From Nitrospirota bacterium (lineage in GTDB: Bacteria; Nitrospirota; UBA9217), in contig CAVUHW010000028.1 in NCBI GenBank assembly GCA_963741205.1, positions 1 through 64,000 on the forward strand: 64,000 nucleotides of DNA. Direction: 5' to 3'. Within the stretch, counting starts at the first letter, position 1. Each line of letters starts with the position of its first letter. The position numbers and the translations under genes were made by a program. Below the pieces are notes generated by a model, which had not been told where the DNA came from, did no database searches, and saw nothing but the letters and a program-made list of their open reading frames with translations. This document shows, piece by piece, positions 33,246 through 45,700 of the stretch.

Positions 33246-34432
33246 TCAGTTGAGCTGGAGAATAATTTCAAGAGCCTTTTTATACGCTTCAAAAGCATTC
33301 CTCTGGTCCTTTTGCCCCTCGAAAACCCTGCCTTTGTAAACAAAGTTCTTATAGTCGTTCGGGTTCATTTTTTCGGCCTCATCGAACATCTTGAGCGCGT
33401 CCGCCAGCATGCCCTCTTTCCCGTAGGCATATCCGGCGTAGTAGTAGCAGGGGGCATAGGTCTCTTCCACCTTCCTGGCCTTTTCAAACAGGGCGGCGCC
33501 TTCCTTTCCCTTCCCCTCGTTCACCAGGATCATGCCCAATTCACAGAGGGCGATGGGATTTTCCGGCTCCCGGACGAGCGCCTCGTTAAACGCCCCCTTC
33601 GCAAGCGCCGCATCCCCCCGGTCCAGATACAGGGTGCCGAAGCTCAAATAAGGAAGCACGAATCCTGCATCCGCTTCCATTGCCTTCTTGAACCACATCT
33701 CGGCAGTATCGGCCGTGCGCCTCGATTTCAGGGCGGTCTTGCCCATATTGTAAAAACGGAGGGCGCTTGTGCCCGGCTGGTAGCCGGCCTTCGCCCTGCG
33801 GAAGCCGCTTTTTTCCCTTCAATGGTCGATGCTACAAAATCGTCCAGCGTTTCGGCCCCCATGAGCGGATACCCCGAGAGTTCAAAGGAGATGACCCTCT
33901 CCCCGTTCAGGATTACGGTCGACGGGAGGGCGATCACGCCGTAATCATGGAAGGCGACCAGTCCGCGGTCGATGAGGATGGGGAAGCCGATTTTAAGCTT
34001 ATCGGAAAAGGCCCGTATCGCGGCAAGCGTCTCGTCGGAGATATTCTGACCGTCGGCATTCACGCCGATGACCGAAAGGCCCTGCCGCTTGTATTTTTCA
34101 TGGAGCTGCTGCATCCTCGCCAATATTTTTTCTGATTTCGGATTCCACGTTGACCAGAAGACGAGAACGGTGAGCTTCTCCCCCTTGACATCGGCGAATG
34201 ATTTCGCTTCGCCGTTGATGGTTTTGAGGGAAAAATCAGGCGCCTGCATGCCGGTCTGGAGTGATTGCAGGGTGGCTGCGGCGGGAGCGAAGGAGAGGAC
34301 CCCGTAGAAGGCTGCGAAGACAGTCATGATCAGTGCTCGATTGAGGCGAAAAGGCATAGGACAGCGGTTCTCCCTCGGCCCGCGGATCCCCTTCAGCATC
34401 ACGCGCAGGCGGTTGTCCGGCGGCGGGATCAT
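33246..34432 (-). CDS. redoxin-fold + TPR protein lacking CxxC (frameshift near 33760)
   Basis: APDFSLK, FWSTWNPKS, YGVIALPST; TPR repeats in ORF 33246..33746. Confidence 0.8.
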
Positions 34433-34956
34433 CTCCCCTGCTCGTGCTTTCTGATCCCCTCTTTGAACTCCGCGACGGCCTTGTTCAGGTCGCCAAGCCT
34501 CTCATAAACAAGACCGAGTTCATAGTGGGTCAAAACCGGGTTCGGGTTCAGGAGCAGGGCGTCCTTCAGCGCCAGTTCGGCCTCCGCCAGCTGTCCCTTC
34601 CGAGCCAGGACGATCCCTTTTCCGGTCTTTGCGCTGCTCGATCGGGGATTGAGCTTCAGGGCCTCGTCAAAGGAACTTTTGGCCCCGTCAAGGTCTCCCT
34701 TGCGTAAAAGGAGCTGGCCCAACTGGACACGGAGCTGTGCGTCGGAGGGGTCTGTCTTGACGGCCGTTCTGGCTGCAGCAAGCTCCTCCTCGATCTTGCC
34801 GTTATTTTCCGCCGTCGTGGTAGATTGTGTCACCGCCGCTTCTTTTGTCTCACCCTTGCCACCAACTCCCCATGCAGCAGGAGGCAAAAACGCCAGGAAA
34901 GCCCAAAAAACAACGATGCAGATCGTGATTGATTGACGACCGGATCGCGGCATCAT
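34429..34956 (-). CDS. exported TPR protein
   Basis: signal peptide and three TPRs (ALKLNP, ALLLNP, HYELG). Confidence 0.85.
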   Translation of the reverse strand: MMPRSGRQSITICIVVFWAFLAFLPPAAWGVGGKGETKEAAVTQSTTTAENNGKIEEELAAARTAVKTDPSDAQLRVQLGQLLLRKGDLDGAKSSFDEALKLNPRSSSAKTGKGIVLARKGQLAEAELALKDALLLNPNPVLTHYELGLVYERLGDLNKAVAEFKEGIRKHEQGR

Positions 34957-34982
34957 TTCCCCATCCCTCTAAAAAAAATCAC

Positions 34983-36350
34983 CTAGCGCGCGGCGGCCGG
35001 CGGCTTATTGACCACCGGCTTGGCCCTGTCGTAAGAGAACTTCTGATGGCAACCCGGTTGACAGCTCCCGCCGGATTCCGTTTTCTTAAAGCCTACCGGC
35101 AGCTGCCAAGTCGCAAAAGGCACTTTATCGCGAATATGCCTCGGGTTGTTCGTGGCATGCGCGTCATGGCACGCCCGGCACGTGCGGCCTTTCACTGCTT
35201 TATTGACGTGGACAAAATGCAGATTTTGGCTGCCGTTTCTGAAATTCGTGAGTGTCGTGGTGCTCTCGTCGCTGGCGATGGTCTTTTCATGGCACATAAA
35301 GCAAAGCTTGTAATTGTCGGGGTTGTAGCCGGCGTAGAAGAGCTGCGGGTAGAATTCGCGCAGCATTCTGAAATTCTTGGACCCGTGAGGATTGTGACAG
35401 CCCGAGCAGTCGCCCTGCTTAATCGGGCCGTGGCGGTCGGTGTTGCTCTCGAGGATCGCCTTCATGTTCGCGATCCGCCCGTTCTGTCCGTTGTATTCCT
35501 TGTCATGGCAGCTGAGGCAGAGGTCCATCGGTGGTTTTAACAGCTGCTTTACGTTGTTCGAGGCATGGGCGTCGTGGCAGGCAAGGCACTTTCTGTCCGT
35601 ATCGAGCGCCTTGTGCGGCACGGTCGCCTCCCTGATTTCCGCGTCCTTGTCCATGTGGCAGGTCAGGCAAAGACCGCGCGTATTCTCGGCGTTGAGATTG
35701 TACCGGAAATTACCGCTGTGAGGACTATGGCAATTCACGCAGCTCTGCTTCACCGGCGTATGAATGTGCTTCGTGCTTTTCAGGGTATTGGCCTTGTCCG
35801 CATGGCAGGTGAAGCAGACGTCATTTACTTCCGCAACGAGCATCTTCGGAAAATCGCTCTGGTGAACGGCGTGGCAGGCGCTGCAGCTTCCGACGGCGGC
35901 GGGACCATGGACAATTTCCGGCCACGAGTGATTTATTGTGACAGAGAAAGCAGAGGTCGCCTCCCGCGGCGCGGAGCTGAAACTTGTTTGGGGACTGATG
36001 AGGGTCATGGCACTTCGTACAGTTACCTTTTTTCACGGGCGCATGGACGAACTTCTTCGTGTTCATCTGCTCGTGGCACTGCGAACAGAGCTTGCCCACA
36101 TCCGCTATCGGTTCGAACTTATGCTTTGCCTTCTGCTTATGACAGGAGGTACAATCACCCACCGCCACCGGCCCATGGACGAACTTTTCCTTCCCCATGG
36201 CAGCATGACAACTGGCGGTCACACAGGAATCCTTTGCCGGAGCGGCTTCTTTTCCAGGGCAACAACGCGGCCGGCGGCGCCGTATATCGGCAGCGCGAAG
36301 GCCAGCGCAGCCAAGACACTAAATAATAATTGTTTTTTCCCCCACCTTCG
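34983..36350 (-). CDS. large multiheme cytochrome c (13 CxxCH plus CVTASCH and CQPGCH; frameshifts)
   Basis: heme motifs counted across ORFs 35821..36222 and 34983..36008; signal peptide near 36300. Confidence 0.9.
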
Positions 36351-36727
36351 TTTACCCCTAGAACAATTTAACCTGTGTTCCACGCCCCGTCGGAGCAGTG
36401 ACAGTCGACACGACATTATAGCCAATTTGTTGCATCTGTCAAATATTTTTTTGGTGAGAGGGAAAAAAGGAAGGAATGAGCGAATGCCGCAGCGCTTCCC
36501 GCTATCCCCGCCGTTTCCCTTCATTTCCCATAGCTCATTACATCTTTCTTGACACCCTTCCGTGATTGATCTATCCTCAAATATGCACACCTGCCTTGAA
36601 GAGCCCGACTTTCCACCAGTTTCCAGTTAGTTGATTGGGAAATAGCCTGGAGAGAATGACATCAAGGTAGACACTGGCCGTCCTCGGGAAACGGGTCAAG
36701 GGGGCATACTATAAAAAAGGAGGCCGC

Positions 36728-39190
36728 ATGACACAAGGCATGGAGGACAGCCATGGCAGGAGCGGGAACGTCCGGACGGGGAACGATCCCGCAGAGATCA
36801 AGCAATCGATTCTGGACAATCTCTATTTCAGCCAGGCCCGCATCCCTCAAACAGCGACCCTCAACGACTGGTACATGGCTCTTGCGTACACCGTCCGTGA
36901 CCGGATGCTCGATAACTGGCTTAGGTCGAATATACATCGGGGAAGGAAAGACCTGAAGATCGTAAGCTACTTGTCCGCTGAGTATCTCATGGGACCCCAC
37001 CTCGGCAACAACCTGATAAATCTCGGCATCCGGGAGCAGGCCCAACAGGCTGTATCGGAACTGGGGCTCGATATGGAAGCGCTGCTCCGGCAGGAGGCAG
37101 AGCCTGGGCTCGGCAACGGCGGGCTCGGCAGGCTCGCGGCCTGTTACATGGATTCGCTCGCGACACTCCAGATTCCCGCCATCGGCTACGGCATCCGTTA
37201 CGAATTCGGCATCTTCGATCAGGAGATCGTGACGGCTGGCAGATGGAAAAAACAGACAAGTGGCTGCGCTGGGCAACCCCTGGGAGATCTGCCGCCCCGA
37301 GATCGTCTATGCTGTGAAGTGCGGCGGCCACACCGAGCACTATCCGGACGATCAGGGGCGGTTCAGGGTGCGCTGGGTCCCGAGCCGGGTGTCAAGGGAG
37401 TGGCCTACGACACGCCCATTGCCGGATATCACGCGGGCATGACGAACTGCTCCGTCTCTGGAAGTCCGAGGCTGTTGAGTCCTTCGATTTTCAGGCATTC
37501 AACGTGGGCGACTACTACGGCGCCGTCGACGAGAAGATCGTTTCCGAGACCATCACCAAGGTCCTCTACCCGAATGACGAGCCTGCCATCGGCAAGCGCC
37601 TCCGCCTTGCACAGCAATACTTCTTCGTCTCCTGCTCACTCCGGGACATGATCCGGATCCATGAACTCCAGGGCAACACCAGCCTCGAAATTTTCAGGAG
37701 AGGTTTGCCGCCCAGCTCAACGACACCCATCCCGCCATCGCCGTGGCCGAACTCATGCGGCTTCTCGTGGACGAGCGCCGCATCGATTGGGACGAGGCAT
37801 GGGACATCACCCAGAGGACTCTTCTCCTACACCAATCACACCCTGCTCCCGAGGCGCTCGAGAACTGGCCTCTGCCGCTTTTGCCGGCCTCCTGCCGCGC
37901 CATCTGGAGATTATCTTCGAGATCAACCGGCGGTTTCTCGAATGAGGTACGCGCGGAAGTCCCGGACGACGACGACGCGTCGGCGCCTGTCGCTCATCGA
38001 TGAGGCGGGGGAAAAATCGGTGCGCATGGCCAACCTGGCCACGGTGGGCAGCCATGCCGTCAACGGCGTGGCCGCGTCTCCACACGGAGCTGCTGAAGGA
38101 GACCGTTCTCCGGGATTTCCACGAAATATCCCGAAAAATTCCACAACATCACCAATGGCGTGACGCCCCGCCGCTGGATGGCGCTTAGCAACCCGGGCCT
38201 TGCGGAGCTCATCACCGGCAGGATCGGCGACGAGTGGATCTGCGGCTCGATCAGATCGCGCAAGCTGGAGCCATTTCGCAGCGACCCGGGTTCCGGGAGC
38301 GCTGGCGTGCGGTCAAGCGGGCCAACAAGGAAGCGCCTCGCTGGCCTCATCCGGGAGCGGACCGGCGTCACCGTGGCCCCCGCGAGCCTCTTCGACATTC
38401 AGGTGAAGCGGATCCACGAATACAAGCGCCAGCATCTGAACGTCCTCCACATCATCACCCTCTACAGCCGGCTCAGGCAAAACCCGGGCCTCGAACGTGC
38501 CGCGCGACCGTTGATTTTCGGCGGCAAGGCCGCTCCCGGCTACCTCATGGCCAAGCTGATCATCAAGCTGATCAATGCCGTCGCCGAGGTCGTGAACCAC
38601 GACCCGGCAGTCACGAGACCGCCTGAAGGTGGTCTTCTTCCCCGATTTCAACGTCAAGAACGCCCAGCGGATCTACCCGGCCGCCGATCTCTCGGAACAG
38701 ATCTCACGGCCGGCAAGGAGGCCTCGGGAACCGGGAACATGAAGTTCTCGATGAACGGCGCCCTCACGATCGGGACGTTGGACGGCGCCAATGTCGAGAT
38801 CCGGAGGAGGTCGGGGAGGAGAACTTCTTCCTCTTCGGCCTCAAGACGGAAGAAGTCGAAAGAATAATGTCTGCGGTTACAACCCGCTCGCGAGCTACAA
38901 ACCAAACCCGGAACTGGGGAGGTCATCGAGGCGCTCGCCTCGGGCCTCTTCTCCCGGGGCGACCGGGCTTTTCAGCCCCTGGTCGATTCTCGATGGACCG
39001 CGACAAGTACCTGGTCTTCGCGGACTACCAGTCCTATGTCGATAGCCAGGACCGAGTGTCCGAGGCGTTCCGGGATCAGGAACGATGGACGCGCATGTCG
39101 ATCTTGAATGGGCGCGCATGGGCAAATTCTCCTCGGACCGCTCGATCCGGGAATACTGCGCCCGCATCTGGCAGGCGAAGGCAGTTACTG
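36728..39190 (+). CDS. glgP: glycogen/starch phosphorylase (many frameshifts)
   Basis: GLGNGGLGRLAAC, VLYPND, YTNHT, QVKRIHEYKRQ, EASGTGNMKF, KFSSDR. Confidence 0.95.
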
Positions 39191-39232
39191 ACGGCCCGCG
39201 CGGAAAAATGAATACCGTTTTAACTTGAGGAA

Positions 39233-39540
<308 letters not shown>

Positions 39541-39627
39541 CCCCCCCTTCAGTACAGGTATCAATCGCCGGATCACCCATGGAAGAGACTTAGGAGAGCA
39601 TCGCAACGACTTCCCGGCGTTTCATAA

Positions 39628-39680
39628 AACAGGACATTTCTACTTTGGTAAGAACAGGGCATTTCTACTTTGGCTTGACA
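39628..39680 (-). mobile_element. solo IS terminus (IS1202/ISNCY-like) truncating the NHL gene
   Basis: minus strand TGTCAAG then two copies of CCAAAGTAGAAATGYCCTGTT at 25-bp spacing. Confidence 0.55.
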
Positions 39681-40317
39681 CACCCGCCACTGTTGTGATC
39701 ACACCGGTCGAGGCATTAACCTTTCGGATGCGCTGGTTGAAAGTATCCGCAATGTAGATGTTTCCAGCAGCATCAACTGCTACACTTTCAGGCCCATTAA
39801 GGCTTGCCGACGTGGCAGGGCCGTTATCGCCGCTGAACATTGGTGAATATTGATTCCCGTTTCCTGCCACGGTCGTTATTACGCCAGTCGATGCATTTAC
39901 CTTCCTGATGCGACCGTTGTTGTGATCCGCTATATAAATATTTCCCGCGGAATCGACGGCTACACTTTGTGGATAACTGAGGTTTGCCGACGTGGCAGGC
40001 CGTTATCACCGCTAAAGCCCGACACCCCGTTGCCTGCTACTGTCGCTATGATTCCGGTCGATGAATTCACCTTCCGGATGCGATGGTTGTCGGTATCCGC
40101 TATGTAAATGTTTCCAGCGGCATCAACCGCAACACTCCAGCGGTGATTTTATGACCGCGCTTGTCGCTGCGCCGCCATCGCCAGTATAACCACCAGCAAC
40201 TGTTACAATATCCCCCCGTGCAGCCCAAGAAGTTACCGGTATTACCATGGCTAAATAAAGAAGCAGCGCTACCAGCCAGTACGAACGAGTATTTCGTGCG
40301 TCGTAATCTTTCCTCAT
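39681..40317 (-). pseudogene. secreted NHL-repeat protein, truncated
   Basis: signal peptide; repeats of GD.GPATSA.L..P..VAVD.AGNIYIAD..N.RIRKV. Confidence 0.8.
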
Positions 40318-40468
40318 GACCTAACCCTCAATTTTTGTTTTTCAAAATGATTACAAACAAAAATTATATATTGAACTGCATTTGTTGCTTCTTCTCAGCA
40401 CCCTCGAAAACACATAATCTTATTCGAAGCCAGTGAAACTAGAACAGCTACTTTCAAGTCACGAATTA

Positions 40469-40654
40469 TCATGTGAGTCTCCTGCTATCCGAATCCGGAG
40501 CGGAAGAATTTCCTTCGGGACAGAGGATATCGACAAGCTCATCGGCATGCGTGAAGGTCCTTGTTTCCGAGGTCTCCACGACCTCAACCATCCCGACCGG
40601 CTTGAGCGGATCATCGGGATCGCGGCGGTATATGCGAATGACGTAACTTTCCAT
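40469..40654 (-). CDS. small hypothetical protein
   Basis: AAAGGA SD; MESYVIRIYRRD..VGMVE..F....EL..IL. Confidence 0.65.
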   Translation of the reverse strand: MESYVIRIYRRDPDDPLKPVGMVEVVETSETRTFTHADELVDILCPEGNSSAPDSDSRRLT

Positions 40655-40694
40655 AGTTGATCCTTTTTCGTTCGCACGTTTATAACATGGTTCG

Positions 40695-40712
40695 ACTTAC
40701 AGATTACTTACA
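40695..40712 (-). promoter_or_regulatory. heptamer direct repeat, candidate SARP-type activator site
   Basis: TGTAAGT-N4-TGTAAGT about 10 nt upstream of TATAAA. Confidence 0.45.
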
Positions 40713-40808
40713 TATGGAGCAAAAAATATACTTTTTTATAAAAATATAATGTGTAGAAAAGTTACAAGAAGTGTCGAATGAGGGGGAAAAGCAGACAAAT
40801 GCCGGGAA

Positions 40809-43800
40809 TTACCCGTTCCGGCGTATGGAGGAATATATTTCCTTGGTTTTTGTGGAGGGCTCAAGCCCGAAGGCTTTTTGAAGCATGGCGCGGCAGCGGT
40901 AATAGACTTTGACAACCTCTGCTTCCTGGCCGAGTTTATGGTGGCAGATCATAAGCTGCTGGTACAGCTCCTCGGCAAGGTCGTCTATCTCGATCCCTTT
41001 CTGGTAACACTCTACCGCGAGGTCGTAGCGGCCTGACTGCTGCCGGTATTTGCCGAGGGCCTTCGTGTAATAGAGAAATTTCGTGCGCAGGCGCTCTCTC
41101 AGGGAAATAGTCCAAGGTTCCTTGGCGTCTCCGGGAAGAAAATGACCTTTATAAAGAGCAAGGGCCTTTTCAGTCAGTCGTATCGTTTCCTCGATATCGG
41201 CCTGCGGACGGCGGAACGCCGGATCGGGACATGCCGGATCTTTCGCGGCTACGAACTCATGCCCTTGCTCCTTCTGTTTCCACATATCTTCCACCCGGCA
41301 CAGGAGACGCTCGAACCCCCACGCATCAGTCCATACGCGCTGATCGTTCAGGCTCACCTGTCCTTCCTGCAGCAGGATCGCTTCATCATCACCTAAAAGT
41401 TTCCGTAAGCGGTGGAGCGTGGTATCCAGGTTCCGGTTGGCGGCGTCGCCTTCTGCTTCGGGCCACAGGGCATCGATGAGCTGTGACTCAGAAACGCTCT
41501 TCCCGCCGAAGGCGATCAATGTCTTGAGCATCGAGAGCGGCTTCTGCTGCACCTTGCCTGGAGACACAACAGGCTTCTCGTCCCTGAGCAACTCAAACCC
41601 GCCGAGAGTGTAGACCTTAACCGGCCAGGGCCACTGATCAAGATGCAGCGGGGGTGTAAGCGGCATTAATTGCCGTTTTCTAATGAGGTGTCGCACATAC
41701 TCAACCTCAATCCCCGATTCAAGGGCCTTCATGCACAGCCTGGCCATAATGGATGGCCTCCAAAAATACATGTTATCTATCCCGTGGTCTCTGCCCAGGC
41801 TGAATGCTTTACGGAGAGACTCAAGCCCCTTCACTTCGTTTTCACGTTTGAAGTGAAGGCAGGATTCGCAATTGAATAGCTATATAGAAGGTATGCGCTG
41901 CCCATGCTTTGAATCAGAGGGAATACCTTTTCAAGACATTCAGCGGCATCGTGATCGAGCCCCTGTTCAAGGCAGATCTCCGCCAAGTTGATCCGGATGG
42001 CTGCTTCCGGTGCACGAATCCGATTTTCACTGCACCGTTCAGTGAAAGCTCCAGGAATTGGCGGGCTTGCGAATAATTTGCACTGAGGGCGGATTTCCAT
42101 GCAATTAGCCAATAATAGTACCCCTTGTCCACGGCTCGGCATGCGCCAAGCCCAGCCGTGATTTTCGGCAGAAATTCCCCGATGAGCTTTTCGTCCCCCT
42201 CGGAAAGCGCCGCGGCAAGCATATGGCCATAGATGTATGTGTCCCAAAAATGTACCCCGCTCTTGTCGGCTAGGGCCAGAGCTTCGTGTGCCTTTTTCAT
42301 GCCCTCATCGAGTGCACAGGTGACGAAAGAATAGTGGGCCTCGATTGCTTTCACCATGAGTTGCACGAGTTCGGTCGCTTCCCCGGACTTGGCAGACTCA
42401 CGAAGCAGGCTGAGGATCATCCCCGCCTTGGTGAAATTCCCCTGGTAAATGTAATGAGCGATGAGGTGCAATCCGGAATTGAGGAACAGATCGGCGTCCG
42501 AAATCATCCCTGCGCAAACAATCGAAAAGGCCCGTTCCCGTATCTCGTGAATATCGGGATGATCAGGTTGTCCGAAGGCGACTGCGTTAAAATAGCTCAA
42601 CGCGACCCGATGCTCTATATCGTTCGATGGAAATGAGGGATCCTCTGCGAGCACCCTCTCCAGGATTTCAGTCCAAGGCCTCATGTGCACATATACGCAT
42701 TCGTGAAACGCTGTGTCGACGACAGCGCACCAGGAAAGGAAAAGGCCCGTCCTATCCCCCTGCATCCGGAAGAGCGCAAACGCCTTCTCAAAAGAGGCCC
42801 TGCTCTCACGAGGATTAAAAGCCAGCAAGCAGGCGCCTTGCCAGAACAGGAGGTAGGGAGTTTGTTCAATCAGCTCGCGAGGCATGGCGTCAAGCCATGC
42901 ACGAACCGCTCCGGTCCTGCCCTCGGAGAGGAGCGCCGGCGCTCCAGTACAGATAAGCCGTGCCGCTTCAGGCCAATCCCGTGCTCGAAGGAAAAGTCCA
43001 ATGGCATCTTCAACTTTGCCGGATTTTTCCAGGATAGCCGCCGCGCGCCGTTCGATCGCAGCGACTCCGTCCTGCGTGAACTCGTCACGCGCCCGGGTCA
43101 TGAGAAATTCGCGGAACAGGGGATGGAACTGGTAGGAAGCGTCATGATGCATGTGCCGGGTCGTAAAAAAGTTATTTTTCGATAGATCGTCGAGGAGTGC
43201 GCCTGCCGAAGATAGACCGGTCAATTCGGCGGCGGCCGCAGGGCTTATCCCCGGAAGGAGCGATGTCTGCATCAGGAAACGTTGTGTGGTTTCGTCCATC
43301 TTGATGAATATTTCTGATGCGAAGTAATTAAAAATGCTCTCCCTCGTTGAACCGGTCAATACAGTGTCAATATCACTATTCTTGAGCGACTCCAGAATGA
43401 GCACGAGCCCAGCTGCCCAGCCATCTGTTTTTTCGTGCAAGCGCTCGAGGGTGCTAACCGCGATGCCCTTCACACTGCTTCTGAGGGCCAGATCTCTAGT
43501 TTCCGTCAGGGAAAGCCGGATGTCATCCCATCCGATAAAGGGCATATCGTTGTTTGTATGGCCATGAGAAAAAATCGGTAGCGGTCCTCTTCTGCTAATA
43601 ACGATCATAGTGAAACCCTCAGGCAAAACCGATATCCCTGTGCTGATCGCGTGATGGAGCATCGAGTCAGATGGCGCGTCCTGATAATTGTCGAGTACGA
43701 GTACGAGAGGTGGTTTAAACTTCCGGCAAAGTTCTTCAAAATATCTGCGAGTGAACGTCTCTATGCCGGGAATATGAGCGGGAGTCAGCATCGGCAATGG

Positions 43801-44085
43801 TTTATTATTTCGGGGAGACGAATGGAGAACGGCTTGCCCCAGGTAATGAAAAAAGGAAGCGGGGTCTCCATCACCTTCATCTACCTGGTACCACAGACAG
43901 GGTAGCTTGCGAGATTGGAGCCAACTCGCGATAAGTGTGGTCTTGCCCGATCCGCCAGGCGCCGAGACCCAGACTACGCGCTTCGACCGGCATTTGTCGA
44001 GGAGGCGGAAAAGCCTTAGCCGCTCCATTACGCCGGTGATGGTAGGACGGCTGATCTTGGCTATAGATGCATTTTGGTTCGCCAT
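40809..44085 (-). CDS. MalT-like STAND ATPase-TPR regulator with C-terminal wHTH/BTAD (frameshifts near 41850-42010)
   Basis: APGGSGKTT, LVLDNYQ, TDGWAAGL, YQFHPLFREFL; TLGGF, LWPE, TLHRLRKLL, LYKGHFL, G.EPS. Confidence 0.88.
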
Positions 44086-44354
44086 ACGATGGAATCAGGA
44101 TGAGTCTTTATAGGGAGTGTTGTTTTAACCGGGCAGTGATGGATGTATTGACTAAGCAAGACTACCAAAAATAATAGGCAATGTCAACAAAATATAGCAC
44201 AATGTTGAATGTTTTTTTATTGGCAGATCTTAATAGTAGAACCTTGTTCTATTATGAATATTGTAATTTCCAGCGTGTCTATTAAAGATTTCTTTATGGG
44301 ACACCCTGACTGCTGTATTCGGTCCGCAATTTATCAAGCAGTTCTAACAACGAA

Positions 44355-45026
44355 TTACAATACCCTTTTGGGACGGTACCAAACAACCGCAAAACCATCT
44401 CGACCAAGCATGCCCGCCTTATAGAGCTTCAATGTCCTGTGAACGGTCGCCCGCGGTATTCGCACCTTCTCAACGATCTGCCTGACGGATAGCTTCTCGC
44501 TCTCATGTGCGTCGATGATCTTCGCCAGGGAAGCCGGTGCGGATGACTTCCTCCCGATCTTTATGCCCTTCTGTTTTGCGAGTGCCATACCCGCCTTCAC
44601 CCGCTCCTGAATTAGGGAACGCTCAAATTCCGCCATTGCGCCGATAATAGGAAACATCATCCTGCCCGCAGGTGTAGATAGGTCAATATTTTCCTGATAG
44701 GATACAAAGGACACTCCAAGGCTTTGCAATTCGCTCAGGGAATTAATGAGATGCTTTAAGGACCTCCCCCACTCGTCGAGTTTCCAGACGACTATGCAAT
44801 CGATTTTCCTTTTTCGAGCATCGTCTAATAGCCTGTCGAGTTGAGGTCTCCGGTCTTTTGCGCCTGACTGCCCGATATCAACATACTCACCTATTATTGA
44901 CCAGCCCCTCACTTGGCAAAATTCATTGATAGGGTTTAATTGAAGATCGGGTTCTGGCTTTTATCAGCCGTTGATATCCTGGCGTAAATGCCGACACGAG
45001 CAATTCTTATTTTCCAATTCGTTCAT
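44355..45026 (-). CDS. small serine recombinase/resolvase (5' frameshifts, possibly decayed)
   Basis: GIYARIST upstream of the ORF, SGAKDRRPQL, WKLD.WGRS, AEFERSLI.ERV.AG, C-terminal HTH. Confidence 0.82.
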
Positions 45027-45069
45027 AATATGCTCCTTCCGATATGAATCTCATGGTTGTCGGTGCAAG

Positions 45070-45246
45070 TTACTTCTTCTTTGCCTTGTCAAGACTTAAC
45101 TCTTCCTCAGTCAGCGCGCTGGAGAACTACGACAGGTTTTCCCAACTTAGTGATGATGATCTGCCTGCCGGTACGCTAGACTCGGCCACGATCTGCGTGG
45201 CCCTCTGCCGTAACTCTGAAACCGTCACGAATTTCAAATTAACCAT
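45070..45246 (-). CDS. orphan Phd/YefM-like antitoxin (frameshifted, absent from ORF track)
   Basis: GGAG SD; MVNLKFVTVSELRQRATQIVAE then QIIITKLGKPVVVL in another frame. Confidence 0.6.
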
Positions 45247-45700
45247 GTCTACTCCCTTCCAGCATGATAGACAATATTATAGACATTATTTTAGCTATTG
45301 TCAAGAGTAGAAAGGGAGTAAGACTGGTCTGGGTGTGAACTCAATGATCTTTGCCTTCGTCGGTTCCCCTGTTCGCAAGGTGGCGGCTTCTTTGCTTGAG
45401 GCCGTTACTCAACTTTGGTTTACGAATACCCACAAAATACACAACTCATTTCTATTGACATCACCCATCATCACATATATAATTTTGTCCATCACCGTTT
45501 TTTTCAAGCTACGCAATTAGCCTTGAATTAAATACCAGCAGACCACCACTCTACACCAACGAATAACTCAAATGGTCAAGTTAGCTTAACTTTCAAAGAA
45601 AACGGAGATTCTAAATTTGTCTTTGTATACGCGACGAAGGATAACCTTAATGTAGTAACATCTCAACCATTTCAAAAAAGTTATTAGGATGGGGGAAACG

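Noticed and set aside
34120-34165. Second selenoprotein in the redoxin domain
   Set aside because: No in-frame TGA at the CxxC positions
36590-36727. Riboswitch upstream of glgP
   Set aside because: No recognisable consensus for c-di-GMP, c-di-AMP or other classes by eye
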